Program-made: the position numbers and the translations under genes
Assembly (NCBI GenBank): GCA_030641715.1
Contig: DAOWGX010000015.1
Coordinates: 560-64,559 of the forward strand
Reading direction: 5' to 3'
DNA: 64,000 bases
Source: Nanobdellota archaeon
GTDB lineage: Archaea > Nanobdellota > Nanobdellia > Pacearchaeales > GW2011-AR1
Shown: piece after piece, positions 9,136-18,053 of the stretch
Position numbering within the stretch: the stretch's first letter is position 1
How the letters are laid out: the number at the start of each line of letters is the position of its first letter
Notes under the pieces: model-generated
Databases searched by the model: none
What the model was told of the DNA's origin: nothing
The model's input: only the letters and a program-made list of their open reading frames with translations

Positions 9136-9306
9136 TTAAAAATTCTTGACATTCGACTAACCCACATCACGAGGGAATTAAGATTTTTGAAAGAGAAAGA
9201 ATTGATTGAATGTATTAATCCTAACGAAAGAGTTGGGAGATTATATCAGTTGACTGTTAAAGGTAAGCGATTGAAAAAAGAAATGATTGGTAAAAAGTTG
9301 ATTTAA
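9136..9306 (+). pseudogene. Truncated winged-helix (ArsR/MarR-like) regulator fragment
   Basis: Frame reads LKILDIRLTHITRELRFLKEKELIECINPNERVGRLYQLTVKGKRLKKEMIGKKLI*, with an in-frame stop upstream and no start codon; N-terminal half missing. Confidence 0.65.
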
Positions 9307-9312
9307 TCTCCC

Positions 9313-9555
9313 TCAATAAACCTTTTTCCTATGTTGACACCGCAAAAAATAAATCGTACTTTTATCAAAAGTGTAAATTATTCTGAAAGGCCAGACATAA
9401 ACCGTTCGTTCACTTTTCAAATTATACCTTAATGGTTTCCCCGTCTCAGGAGTTTGTATAATCTTTTGTATCTGCTTTACAACCTTTTTCTTTACGGAGT
9501 TATCGAATTTTTTAACCTCTTTTTCGAATTTATCTGTGTAGATGATATCTACCAT
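9313..9555 (-). CDS. RelE/ParE-family toxin
   Basis: IIYTDKFEKEVKK...PETGKPLRYNLKSERTVYVWPFRIIY...HRKKVY. Confidence 0.88.
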   Translation of the reverse strand: MVDIIYTDKFEKEVKKFDNSVKKKVVKQIQKIIQTPETGKPLRYNLKSERTVYVWPFRIIYTFDKSTIYFLRCQHRKKVY

Positions 9556-9815
9556 TTTTTAACTTCTTCTAAAAAATCTTGAGAACTAGTTTTCTTGAAC
9601 CTACCTTTTTCTATTTCTTCCCACGACTTTTTGATTTCAAAAAATGTTTCTAAATCGTCTTGCTCCATAGGGTTTTCAATTTTTTTCAAGACAATAAGAT
9701 TTTCTTTTTGTAAAACTGTCAAAAATTCCCCGTCTACAAATCCCATTCTTTCCCTAATATTTCGAGGAATTACAATCTGACCTTTTGAACTTAGATGCGT
9801 CATTCCAATTTCCAT
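9549..9815 (-). CDS. AbrB/MazE/SpoVT-family DNA-binding antitoxin
   Basis: LSSKGQIVIPRNIRERMG swapped-hairpin motif, acidic C-terminus; overlaps the toxin start. Confidence 0.88.
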   Translation of the reverse strand: MEIGMTHLSSKGQIVIPRNIRERMGFVDGEFLTVLQKENLIVLKKIENPMEQDDLETFFEIKKSWEEIEKGRFKKTSSQDFLEEVKKW

Positions 9816-9858
9816 AACTATGTAAGAATTTCTTACTTTATAAATTATTCGATTCCTA

Positions 9859-9982
9859 AAACGCCCACACCCTACTCAAAAATCACTCTAAAATTTTGTC
9901 AATCTTGTTTTTAATTTTTCAGACAAAATTCGAGCAATTTCTTCGGACATCGAACGTTCGATTCTAAATAAACGCCCACACC
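9859..9982. repeat. Direct repeat of tRNA-Ser(TGA) 3' end (att-like scar)
   Basis: AAACGCCCACACC at 9859-9871 and 9970-9982; each copy is preceded by TTCGATTC(C)TAAA. Confidence 0.6.
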
Positions 9983-10053
9983 AGGAATCGAACCTGGATG
10001 CCCCAAAAGGCCTGGTTTTCAAGACCAGTGCAATACCATTATGCGATGTGGGC
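9973..10053 (-). tRNA. tRNA-Ser (anticodon TGA)
   Basis: GCCCACA acceptor stem, anticodon arm CTGGT-CTTGAAA-ACCAG, long variable arm, T-arm CCAGG-TTCGATT-CCTGG, discriminator G; no encoded CCA, no intron. Confidence 0.95.
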
Positions 10054-10075
10054 TTTGCCTGTATATTCAGACCTA

Positions 10076-10156
10076 CGCCTGTACCCCGAATCGAACGGGG
10101 ATGCCCCGAAGAGCCCGGTGTTCGAGACCGGTGCGATACCATTACGCGATACAGGC
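10076..10156 (-). tRNA. tRNA-Ser (anticodon CGA)
   Basis: GCCTGTA acceptor stem, anticodon arm CCGGT-CTCGAAC-ACCGG, long variable arm, T-arm CCCCG-TTCGATT-CGGGG, discriminator G. Confidence 0.95.
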
Positions 10157-10230
10157 CTAATCTGAAAAGAGAGATTTAGTTTTTAAGGCTGTTGGAAAAA
10201 GATATAAACTGCTTCCCCCTTTCATTTTCC

Positions 10231-10803
10231 ATGGAAAGAAAAATTGACGACAGAACGATACTAGACAAATTCGTCGAAGAATTTTGCAGTATCGTAGAGA
10301 AACACGTTAAATACATTATCTGTTCCGGATTCGTTGCAATTGCCCACGGAAGAACTCGAGGAACCGAAGATATCGACATGATAATAGAGAAACTCACTGA
10401 AGAGAGATTCATCAAACTTCACAAAGATTTAGAAGATGCAGGATTTGAGTGTATTCAATCAGACGATCCTAGCAAAATCTTTAAGGATTATTTATCCTAC
10501 GGAACAAGTGTTCGATATGTCTGGAAAAGCGAGGGGCACTTCCCTCCTGAAATGGAAATCAAATTCGCAAAAGATGTATTAGATGAAGAACAAATTGCAC
10601 ATAGGACAAAATTTCCGTTAACGGGATTAGATATCTATTTCTCCTCGATTGAAGGAAACATTGCGTTCAAGGAAGAACTTCTGACCGCAGAAAAAGATAT
10701 AGAAGACGCAAAACATTTGAGAATAATTTATTCAGAGGATATAAGCGAGGACAAAATAAATTTAATAAAAGATAAAATTAGGAGATTTAGAAAAAATGAA
10801 TAG
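10231..10803 (+). CDS. Nucleotidyltransferase-fold protein (AbiEii/DUF6036-like)
   Basis: SGFVAIAHGRTRGTEDIDMII motif and C-terminal KDIEDAKHL; start ATG 10231. Confidence 0.75.
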   Translation: MERKIDDRTILDKFVEEFCSIVEKHVKYIICSGFVAIAHGRTRGTEDIDMIIEKLTEERFIKLHKDLEDAGFECIQSDDPSKIFKDYLSYGTSVRYVWKSEGHFPPEMEIKFAKDVLDEEQIAHRTKFPLTGLDIYFSSIEGNIAFKEELLTAEKDIEDAKHLRIIYSEDISEDKINLIKDKIRRFRKNE

Positions 10804-11008
10804 ATGCGAAACTCATGGCGAACAGATTGAACGTTGGGCAAGATTCGTAAAGGAGAATCCTACAAAATGGAAATCAAAAATCAGACCGTTTCTCGACGGA
10901 CAGATTCTCATGTCGAGAAGATTCTACAAAAGATTGGCTGAGGCACCCAATGGATTGAGGAAAATTAAGGAATTAGGTTTGAGCAGATATGGGAATCCTG
11001 CTATTTGA
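10796..11008 (+). CDS. Small hypothetical protein, partner of the upstream NTase
   Basis: 70-aa basic ORF overlapping the NTase stop by 8 nt. Confidence 0.65.
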   Translation: MNRCETHGEQIERWARFVKENPTKWKSKIRPFLDGQILMSRRFYKRLAEAPNGLRKIKELGLSRYGNPAI

Positions 11009-11047
11009 TGTAGATAGATTTTTAAATTTGATTAAGCAATTTGTTTT

Positions 11048-11608
11048 ATGAAAAACATTCTTAAAAATAAAATAGTAGCAATATTTATAATAGCTGTTTT
11101 ACTTATTGGTTTTACATTATTCATTATAAAAATGGTAGAAAATATTTCCCCTAAGAATGTGAAAGTTAAGTTGGAAACAAATGTAGGAGAGATTGTCATA
11201 GAGTTATATTCGGATATGCCGATCACTACAGGGAATTTTAAAAAATTGGTCGAGGAAGGATTTTACAACGGTGTGATTTTTCATAGAGTGATTAAGAATT
11301 TTATGATTCAGGGAGGCGATCCAAAGGGAACTGGGATGGGGGGTCCGGGATACACCATCGAAGATGAGTTTGGAACCGGACATTCGAATGTTCCAGGAAC
11401 AATTGCTATGGCAAATGCAGGACCAAATACAGGAGGAAGCCAATTCTTTATCAATGTTGCAGATAACTCATTTTTAGATGGAAAGCATCCAGTTTTTGGG
11501 GAAGTTATAGAAGGAATGGATATTGTTCAAGGCATTAGTGAAGCGGCGACGGGAGCTTTAGATAAACCTATTCAAGAGATTAAGATAACTAAAGCGAGTG
11601 TTATCTGA
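11048..11608 (+). CDS. Cyclophilin-type peptidyl-prolyl isomerase with N-terminal membrane anchor
   Basis: FYNGVIFHRVIKNFMIQGGDP, AMANAGPNTGGSQFFIN, LDGKHPVFG. Confidence 0.96.
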   Translation: MKNILKNKIVAIFIIAVLLIGFTLFIIKMVENISPKNVKVKLETNVGEIVIELYSDMPITTGNFKKLVEEGFYNGVIFHRVIKNFMIQGGDPKGTGMGGPGYTIEDEFGTGHSNVPGTIAMANAGPNTGGSQFFINVADNSFLDGKHPVFGEVIEGMDIVQGISEAATGALDKPIQEIKITKASVI

Positions 11609-13079
11609 TTTTAATAGGTTTAATTTCTTTAAGGAACTTTAGAGCCTCTTTCATTTTTGTTCTGCTTTCAGTATAAAGTGTTAGAATCGGTTCGGCTTTT
11701 TTTATTTTTCCGACGTGCTTATGGAGATAAACTCCTGAAGAAATAGTTTCCGGAGTTCCGAGGATTCGACATAAAGAATTTATTCCTTCGTTGCTTATTT
11801 CGGTTATCTTCCCCTTTCGTTTTACCTTAATTATTTTTTTGCATTTTGCAAGTGTAAGAGAATTAATTCTTTTGTCAAAATCTTTTTCCCCGTTCTGAGC
11901 GTTGATAATTTCTTTAAATTTTTCATAAGCTTTTCCTGACGATAAAATTTCCTCAGCCTTTTTCCGTGCATTTTTTATTTTACAAAGCTTCATAAGTTCA
12001 GCGGAGAGAAATAAGGATTTTTCTTTTAAATCCCTTGGCAAGTTCGGAGAATTTTGCAATACTGATAAAACATCTAACATTTCCAAAGTCGGTCCGAACC
12101 CATTTCCAATTGGCTCTGAACCTTTTGTGCAAACCACCTTGAGATTTAATTTAAAACTCTTTGAAATTTCTTTAAACTTAACTCCAAGCTTTTTTGCCTT
12201 TTCAAGCGTTTCAATTTTTGCACCTTTTCCATAAGGGATATCAATAATAATATATTTTGAGCCAGCCGCTACTTTCTTTGAAATTATCGACGCAATGAGT
12301 TGGGGTTCGATGTCAAGGTTGAGTAATCGTTCCACTCGAATGATTTTATCGTCGGAAGGTGCAAGCCCCAATGAACCTCCCCAAGCTAAACATGCTCCCG
12401 TTTTTTTAACAGTGGATTTTAAGTTCTCAATAGAAAGTTCAACTTTTGCAAGCGTTTCTATTACATCTGCAGTCCCCGAGGCTGAAGTTATTGCTCGCGA
12501 AGAAGTTTTTGGAATAACCAATCCTGCAGCCGCACAAATAGCTACAACTATCGGAGTAGTTCGGTTTCCCGCGATTCCCCCTATACAATGTTTATCCGCA
12601 ATATACTTTCCCTCAAACTTTAATTTAGCCCCTGTTTTTACCATCGCCTTTGTTAAATTAACAATCTCCCCCCCAGACATTCCGTTGAGCTTTTCCGCAG
12701 CAGTAAAATATGCAATTTCAGCCTCGGTTAAATTATTATGAACTATTTCAGAAATGAGATAATAAATTTCTTTTTTAGTTAATTGCTTACCTTGCATTTT
12801 TTTCTTTATTAAAAAAGTTGCGTCAGAAAGCTCAGAAGTGCTAACCTTGACACAGGATTTATTTTTTAATTTAAGAACACCGCTTAGTTCTTTCGATAAA
12901 CCTATTTGATTTCTTCCGACAACTTTTGGAAAAATATCCACTATAGCGTAAACTTTTTTAGAATTTGTAATGGCAACCCTATCATTGGCAAAAACATTCA
13001 TCTTTTTTGCAGTTTTATCATTAAGTATTGCTACTGGTCTACCGGCTAGCCAATTAAGATTTTTAATTTTTAATTTCAT
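11601..13079 (-). CDS. AMP phosphorylase (thymidine phosphorylase family)
   Basis: DKHCIGGIAGNRTT, PKTSSRAITSASGTAD, N-terminal AMPpase-type domain. Confidence 0.93.
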   Translation of the reverse strand: MKLKIKNLNWLAGRPVAILNDKTAKKMNVFANDRVAITNSKKVYAIVDIFPKVVGRNQIGLSKELSGVLKLKNKSCVKVSTSELSDATFLIKKKMQGKQLTKKEIYYLISEIVHNNLTEAEIAYFTAAEKLNGMSGGEIVNLTKAMVKTGAKLKFEGKYIADKHCIGGIAGNRTTPIVVAICAAAGLVIPKTSSRAITSASGTADVIETLAKVELSIENLKSTVKKTGACLAWGGSLGLAPSDDKIIRVERLLNLDIEPQLIASIISKKVAAGSKYIIIDIPYGKGAKIETLEKAKKLGVKFKEISKSFKLNLKVVCTKGSEPIGNGFGPTLEMLDVLSVLQNSPNLPRDLKEKSLFLSAELMKLCKIKNARKKAEEILSSGKAYEKFKEIINAQNGEKDFDKRINSLTLAKCKKIIKVKRKGKITEISNEGINSLCRILGTPETISSGVYLHKHVGKIKKAEPILTLYTESRTKMKEALKFLKEIKPIKIR

Positions 13080-13087
13080 TCAAGACT

Positions 13088-14104
13088 TTATTTATTAAAC
13101 AATTCGTTTAGTTTACCTTGTTTATAAAATTCGATGATGATTAAAACATAAGCAAGGATAAGTGGACCGAGAATTAATCCTGCGATTCCGAAGAAATAAA
13201 GCCCTCCGATGGTTCCGATGATACTTAACACAATGGGGAGACTTGATTTTCTTGAAAGAAGATAAGGTCTGAGGATATTATCAATAATTGATACAAAGAA
13301 AAAACCATAGAGCAGTATAAAAGCTCCTGAGAAAGTCTGACCTGTTGTAATTAAGACAACTCCGACTGGAAACCAAACTAACCAGGAACCAAGAACGGGA
13401 ATTACTGAAACTATACAAGCAAGAAAAGTAAAAACTAATGCCTTTGGAACACCAAGGAAAAAAAGACATATTCCGACTGCAAGACCTTGGATTATTCCTA
13501 TTAAAACTTGACCAAAAATAATCGCATTTGTGATTCCCCGAAACTCTTCCATAAATTTTTTCCCAGTAGATTTAGAGAATGGTGAAAGATGAGATAAGTA
13601 TTTTTTTAAGTGATCTAAATCTCTGATTGTAAAGTAGAATACAAAAAGGAAAACTGAAAATTGAAGTAAGAAGGAAGGAAGATTAACCAAGAAGATTGTG
13701 AATTGGTTTAGTATTGTAGAGAAAAATTTTCCGATGATGTTATCGAGGTTCATTGCAATAGAGGTCGCAATATCTCCTTGGACGAATTCTTGGAGTAAAA
13801 TATTAAAATTAAAATTTTGCAGAAGAACATAGGTATCAAATATCTGTTTGACTAATGAAGGGATTATATAAATCAGAGGGATGACGAGTATTGCGGTTAG
13901 CCCCATTATAACCACGAAGGCGGAGAGATTTCTCCATTTAAGATATTTGAGGATTTTTTTATAGACCGGACTAAAGAGATACCCAAAAAGTAATCCAAAA
14001 AGGATGGGAATAACGATAGGCCTTAGAACAAGAAAAGCTATAACAAAAATTCCTAGAATGAGTAAACCTGCTATACCCTGTTTCATAACTTTACTATCTG
14101 CCAT
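13088..14104 (-). CDS. AI-2E family (UPF0118) transporter
   Basis: Multi-TM protein; IDNILRPYLLS...GTIGGLYFFGIAGLILGP. Confidence 0.9.
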   Translation of the reverse strand: MADSKVMKQGIAGLLILGIFVIAFLVLRPIVIPILFGLLFGYLFSPVYKKILKYLKWRNLSAFVVIMGLTAILVIPLIYIIPSLVKQIFDTYVLLQNFNFNILLQEFVQGDIATSIAMNLDNIIGKFFSTILNQFTIFLVNLPSFLLQFSVFLFVFYFTIRDLDHLKKYLSHLSPFSKSTGKKFMEEFRGITNAIIFGQVLIGIIQGLAVGICLFFLGVPKALVFTFLACIVSVIPVLGSWLVWFPVGVVLITTGQTFSGAFILLYGFFFVSIIDNILRPYLLSRKSSLPIVLSIIGTIGGLYFFGIAGLILGPLILAYVLIIIEFYKQGKLNELFNK

Positions 14105-14222
14105 GATATTATAGTAATTAAGATTTTATAAACGTTGGGAAATTCTTTAAAAATTTCAACGACAACAAAAAATATTTCAAATCTCACAGAAGTTTTATAA
14201 AGGAGTTTTATGTTTTCAAAGA

Positions 14223-14924
14223 ATGACAATGAAGAAAATTTTTGAGGGTGTTTTTGATGAAGAAGTTCACACGAATTTTTTAAAGTTTGGTCGAGGAGAG
14301 CATAAGAATAAGTATTTGATTGAAGGAAAGAAGCAATCGAAGAAATGGGCAATTAAGGCTGGTGCGGAGTATACGAATTTTTTGGTGAAAAGATGTTTAG
14401 AAAAAATTAACGGACTCGTTAATGTTAAAGGAGTTCTCGTCTCGACCTCAGATCTAAGAGATGAAATAAATTTCGAGATAAAAAAAGTCAGTAATTTTCA
14501 AGGTGTTCGAAGACATATAGTCGATACTGAAGTTGAAGCATCGCAGATTTTGGATTTGATGGCTAAGTATCCCCGAGTTTTCTTTGCGTTGAGTTTTAAA
14601 GGAGATGATTTTGTTTTGAAGATTAAGCCGAAAGGACCTAAGAGCGAGAAGAAGGGAAAAGAGGGTGAAGGACTTGTTATAGATTTTTGTTCCTTAAAAA
14701 CAGAGGATAAGACGATTATTAATGAGTTGTTTTTTGAGGTTGGTGATTTTCAGGAAGTTTTTATTAACCACACGATTAATGTTACGGATATCATCTATCC
14801 AGGGAATGTAGAAAATTTAAAACCTACTGAAATTAGGGAATTAGCGAAGAGGAAAGGTATTGTTATCCGTAAAGTTAATGCTGACGGGATTGAAAAAACA
14901 AGTGAAGCTGAATTCGTGATTTAG
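14223..14924 (+). CDS. Hypothetical protein
   Basis: 233-aa ORF with upstream TTTTATAA box; no motif recognised. Confidence 0.75.
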   Translation: MTMKKIFEGVFDEEVHTNFLKFGRGEHKNKYLIEGKKQSKKWAIKAGAEYTNFLVKRCLEKINGLVNVKGVLVSTSDLRDEINFEIKKVSNFQGVRRHIVDTEVEASQILDLMAKYPRVFFALSFKGDDFVLKIKPKGPKSEKKGKEGEGLVIDFCSLKTEDKTIINELFFEVGDFQEVFINHTINVTDIIYPGNVENLKPTEIRELAKRKGIVIRKVNADGIEKTSEAEFVI

Positions 14925-14959
14925 AAAAGATTTAAATACAAGAGCTTATTTACCTACTT

Positions 14960-15331
14960 ATGAGAATTGATTGGGTTGCCGTCGGAGGAATTATTATTGT
15001 TGCTCTTCTTTTAGGTGCCGTCCTTTGGGCGGTTCCTAATTATAAAGTTTATGCACGTGAGCTAAATGGTAAGGCTCAATTAAAGGAAGCTGAATGGAAT
15101 CGACAAATTGCGGTTCAGGAGGCAGAGGCGTTGAAAGAGTCGGCGAAATTAAAAGCGGAAGCCGAAGTTATCAGAGCAAAGGGTATTGCTGAAGCTAACG
15201 AAATTATTTCTAAAAGTTTAACCAAAGAATATATTCAGTATAAGTTTGTTGAGGGATTGAACGATGGAAATACTGAAGTGATATACGTACCAACAGAAGC
15301 TAATCTACCAATTTTAGAAGCACGTGGTTGA
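14960..15331 (+). CDS. Membrane-anchored coiled-coil protein resembling the SPFH/prohibitin C-terminus
   Basis: N-terminal TM; AEAEVIRAKGIAEANEIISKSLT...IYVPTEANLPI. Confidence 0.75.
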   Translation: MRIDWVAVGGIIIVALLLGAVLWAVPNYKVYARELNGKAQLKEAEWNRQIAVQEAEALKESAKLKAEAEVIRAKGIAEANEIISKSLTKEYIQYKFVEGLNDGNTEVIYVPTEANLPILEARG

Positions 15332-15333
15332 GT

Positions 15334-15582
15334 TCAAATTTTGAACCAATCCAACTTATCCCATTTATCCAACTTCTTAATTTGACATTCAGCCTTCTGC
15401 GCATCAGACCTACTAACACATTCTCGAACCCGTAAAAGTTTTTTGAATCCCTTAAGACGGACATATTTACTCCCTTTCCCTTCGGCGTGAATTTTCATTC
15501 GTTTATCGATATCATTCGTAACGCCAGTATAGAAAGAACTGTCTTGACATTCCAGAAGATAAACGAACCAAGATTTTTTCAT
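15334..15582 (-). CDS. GIY-YIG nuclease family protein (UPF0213-like)
   Basis: WFVYLLECQDSSFYTGVTNDIDKRMKIH..GKGSKY...AQKAE. Confidence 0.9.
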   Translation of the reverse strand: MKKSWFVYLLECQDSSFYTGVTNDIDKRMKIHAEGKGSKYVRLKGFKKLLRVRECVSRSDAQKAECQIKKLDKWDKLDWFKI

Positions 15583-16232
15583 TGGTTATCCAACCCTTTG
15601 TTTTTGGCACAAGCCGAACAAATCAGGGCAGTATCTTTAAGAGACATATAATATCTATTTCCTTCTTCTAGAATTTCATTGAACTTGCCCCACCCATCCT
15701 CAATTGTCAGTTTTCCTGAAACAACTTTTTCAGGAACCATCGACGCTCTTTCTAAAATGTCCATCCTCTTTCGAAACATATTATAATGGTAGAGGTTTAG
15801 CTTTGCTGTCTTTGAGATTTTTTTGCCGCAAAGTTTGCAATTATCTTGGGTTATAAGAAGTTCCTGTTCCCGAATCGCCCACTGAAGCTGAAAGTCTGCG
15901 TCCTGAATAAGATGCTTATAATTTCCTATACCTCCAAGCCGTCGAAACGTCAAGGTAATTTCCTCATCAGAACTATCCTTATCCTTCACAACAATCTCCC
16001 CAATCTTTTTACTATATCTCCAAATTGGATACTTCTTTCCTTCTCTAGGCGTCGTTGAAGGTTTGCCGATTCGATAACCCCGTGCCCCCGTCCTGATTTT
16101 TCCAATAGTCATCTCCTTCTTTCGAACAGCTTTCCTTACTTTTTTCTCAGTCGCCCTTTTCTCTACCGTTTTCTCTTTCTTGGAAATATATCCTTCTTCA
16201 CCTGGGAGGAAACTCGGGGTTTTTATAGCCAT
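15579..16232 (-). CDS. Hypothetical protein with split CxxC...CxxC (HNH-like zinc site)
   Basis: CKLCGK...LNLYH and LICSAC; ATGA-coupled to the GIY-YIG gene. Confidence 0.65.
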   Translation of the reverse strand: MAIKTPSFLPGEEGYISKKEKTVEKRATEKKVRKAVRKKEMTIGKIRTGARGYRIGKPSTTPREGKKYPIWRYSKKIGEIVVKDKDSSDEEITLTFRRLGGIGNYKHLIQDADFQLQWAIREQELLITQDNCKLCGKKISKTAKLNLYHYNMFRKRMDILERASMVPEKVVSGKLTIEDGWGKFNEILEEGNRYYMSLKDTALICSACAKNKGLDNQ

Positions 16233-16307
16233 AGGGTGATACAACGAAAATTAGTTTATTAAAGTTATTGTAGAAAAGATTTTATAGGTTGAAATATTGA
16301 ATATATT

Positions 16308-16685
16308 ATGACAGAAAAAAGAACATGGAAAAAAGAAAGTGCAAGAGACCTAATCTCGTTAGGAAGCATCCCGTTTTTCCTCTTAGTCCTCGCGAGAGTT
16401 TACTTACTCAACATCCCAGAATATTTTAATCAGTTTATTTTTTCAGGAGCAGTATTTCTAATATTATTTTTTATTTTTAAGCTGAATCTATATTCAGGAA
16501 TAGGATTAATCGTATTAGTTTTCACTTCATTGTTTTATTCCGAGATGATATTTACTATATTCGGATCAATAGCTTATATTTTGGTCCTCGCTTCTCTTTT
16601 CTACTTGAAGTATGACACGAAAAAAGTCTTCTTAGGAATCTTAGCAGGGATTGTTGGAGTTGCCGCGGGATATTTCCTGGCATAA
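16308..16685 (+). CDS. Small membrane protein (PAP2-like start ARDLISLGS)
   Basis: 125 aa, mostly hydrophobic. Confidence 0.7.
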   Translation: MTEKRTWKKESARDLISLGSIPFFLLVLARVYLLNIPEYFNQFIFSGAVFLILFFIFKLNLYSGIGLIVLVFTSLFYSEMIFTIFGSIAYILVLASLFYLKYDTKKVFLGILAGIVGVAAGYFLA

Positions 16686-16717
16686 CCTTTAAATACCTCA
16701 ATTTCCCAGTAATTTTA

Positions 16718-16829
16718 GTTCCATCCAAAACTTAAATGTTTGGATGATGAGAATTTTGTGATTGGTTGGTCACGATAAACGGCAAGTGCTATTGTTGGAT
16801 ATCAGATAGTTAGACTATCAGGAAATACT
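16718..16829 (+). promoter_or_regulatory. Structured 5' leader of the rpl3 superoperon
   Basis: TTTAAATA box at 16688-16695; three hairpins: CATCCAAA/TTTGGATG (16722-16746), GTGATT/GGTCAC (16758-16773), GATAGT/ACTATC (16805-16819). Confidence 0.5.
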
Positions 16830-17774
16830 ATGACAGATAACAACGGAATACGAAGCGGAAGTTTGCAGTTTTACCCGAGAGTTCGGGCGAAGAAAGTTAT
16901 ACCCAGTGTGAACTGGAAACCGGTTTCAAAAGAAGGCGTCGGACTCATGGGATTCATAGGATATAAAGTCGGAATGATTTCTATCTGGGCAAAAGATAAC
17001 ACCGAAAATTCTTTAACAAAGAACAAAGGAATTGCTATTCCAGCGACGATTGTCGAATGTCCTATAATGAAAATTTATTCGGTTAGGTTCTATAAAAATG
17101 GAAAGGTAATGAGAGATGTGGTAGTTTCGAACGATAAAGATTTGAAAAAAAGCGTGAAGATTTCTAAAAAATTAGGAGATTTGGAAAACATCGACGGCTA
17201 TGAAGATGTAAGAGTTATTTTATATTCTAACGTAAAAAAAACAGTTGTTGATAAAAATAAAACTGACCTAATCGAAGTCGGTGTTTCCGGTTCTGTCGAG
17301 GAGAAATTGAATTTTATTAAAGAGAAAATCGGAAAAGAAATTTCTGTAAATGAAGTTTTTAACGAAGGGCTAGTAGATATTAGGGCAGTCACGAAAGGTT
17401 ACGGAACTCAAGGACCTATGAAAAGATTCGGCATCGCTCTGAAATCTCATAAGTCTGAAAAAGGAAGAAGACGACCGGGTTCTTTAGCACCCTGGCATCC
17501 CTGTAGAGTTACCTTTAGGGCACCTCAAGCGGGGCAGACAGGATACCATAGTAGGATAGTCTACAATAAGTTAATTTTAGAAACTGGCAAAATTTCCGAG
17601 AAAGATATAAATCAAAAAAGCGGGTTTAAACATTATGGAGTTGTTAAAACAGATTATATGATTTTGAAAGGTTCTATTCCTGGTCCAAAGAAAAGAGGAA
17701 TTATGATAACCACTGCTATTCGGCCAACCAAATATCAAGTTAAGAAAAAGTTCGAGGTGCTTGAATTAAGATGA
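16830..17774 (+). CDS. rpl3: 50S ribosomal protein L3
   Basis: RSGSLQFYPRVRA, GYKVGM, VTKGYGTQGPMKRFG, QAGQTGYHSR. Confidence 0.97.
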   Translation: MTDNNGIRSGSLQFYPRVRAKKVIPSVNWKPVSKEGVGLMGFIGYKVGMISIWAKDNTENSLTKNKGIAIPATIVECPIMKIYSVRFYKNGKVMRDVVVSNDKDLKKSVKISKKLGDLENIDGYEDVRVILYSNVKKTVVDKNKTDLIEVGVSGSVEEKLNFIKEKIGKEISVNEVFNEGLVDIRAVTKGYGTQGPMKRFGIALKSHKSEKGRRRPGSLAPWHPCRVTFRAPQAGQTGYHSRIVYNKLILETGKISEKDINQKSGFKHYGVVKTDYMILKGSIPGPKKRGIMITTAIRPTKYQVKKKFEVLELR

Positions 17775-18052
17775 GAGATGAAATTTATTGTGAACATAAA
17801 AGGAAGTGTAAAAATATTGATTGTGATGGGAAAATAAAATATTATGATTCAGTAAAAGAATATTGTGCGGGATTTAAATCTGTGGCAACTAACGAATCTT
17901 GGAGGCCGGAGACAAGGAAGCGTCTTGGCATGAAGCCAGGGACATGTAAAGAATCTTGGGTTAGATGCAATATTACAGAAAATCTAACATTACATCGAAG
18001 ACAAGTTAATCTTCTTGAAAAAATAGCAGATAAAATAGAGATTAAAAAATAA
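17771..18052 (+). CDS. Cys-rich hypothetical protein inserted between rpl3 and rpl4
   Basis: 93 aa with 6 Cys; ATGA overlap with the rpl3 stop, and its own stop lies 1 nt before the rpl4 ATG. Confidence 0.7.
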   Translation: MRDEIYCEHKRKCKNIDCDGKIKYYDSVKEYCAGFKSVATNESWRPETRKRLGMKPGTCKESWVRCNITENLTLHRRQVNLLEKIADKIEIKK

Positions 18053-18053
18053 A

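Noticed and set aside
9888..10142. 84-aa minus-strand ORF
   Set aside because: Overlaps the two tRNA-Ser genes.
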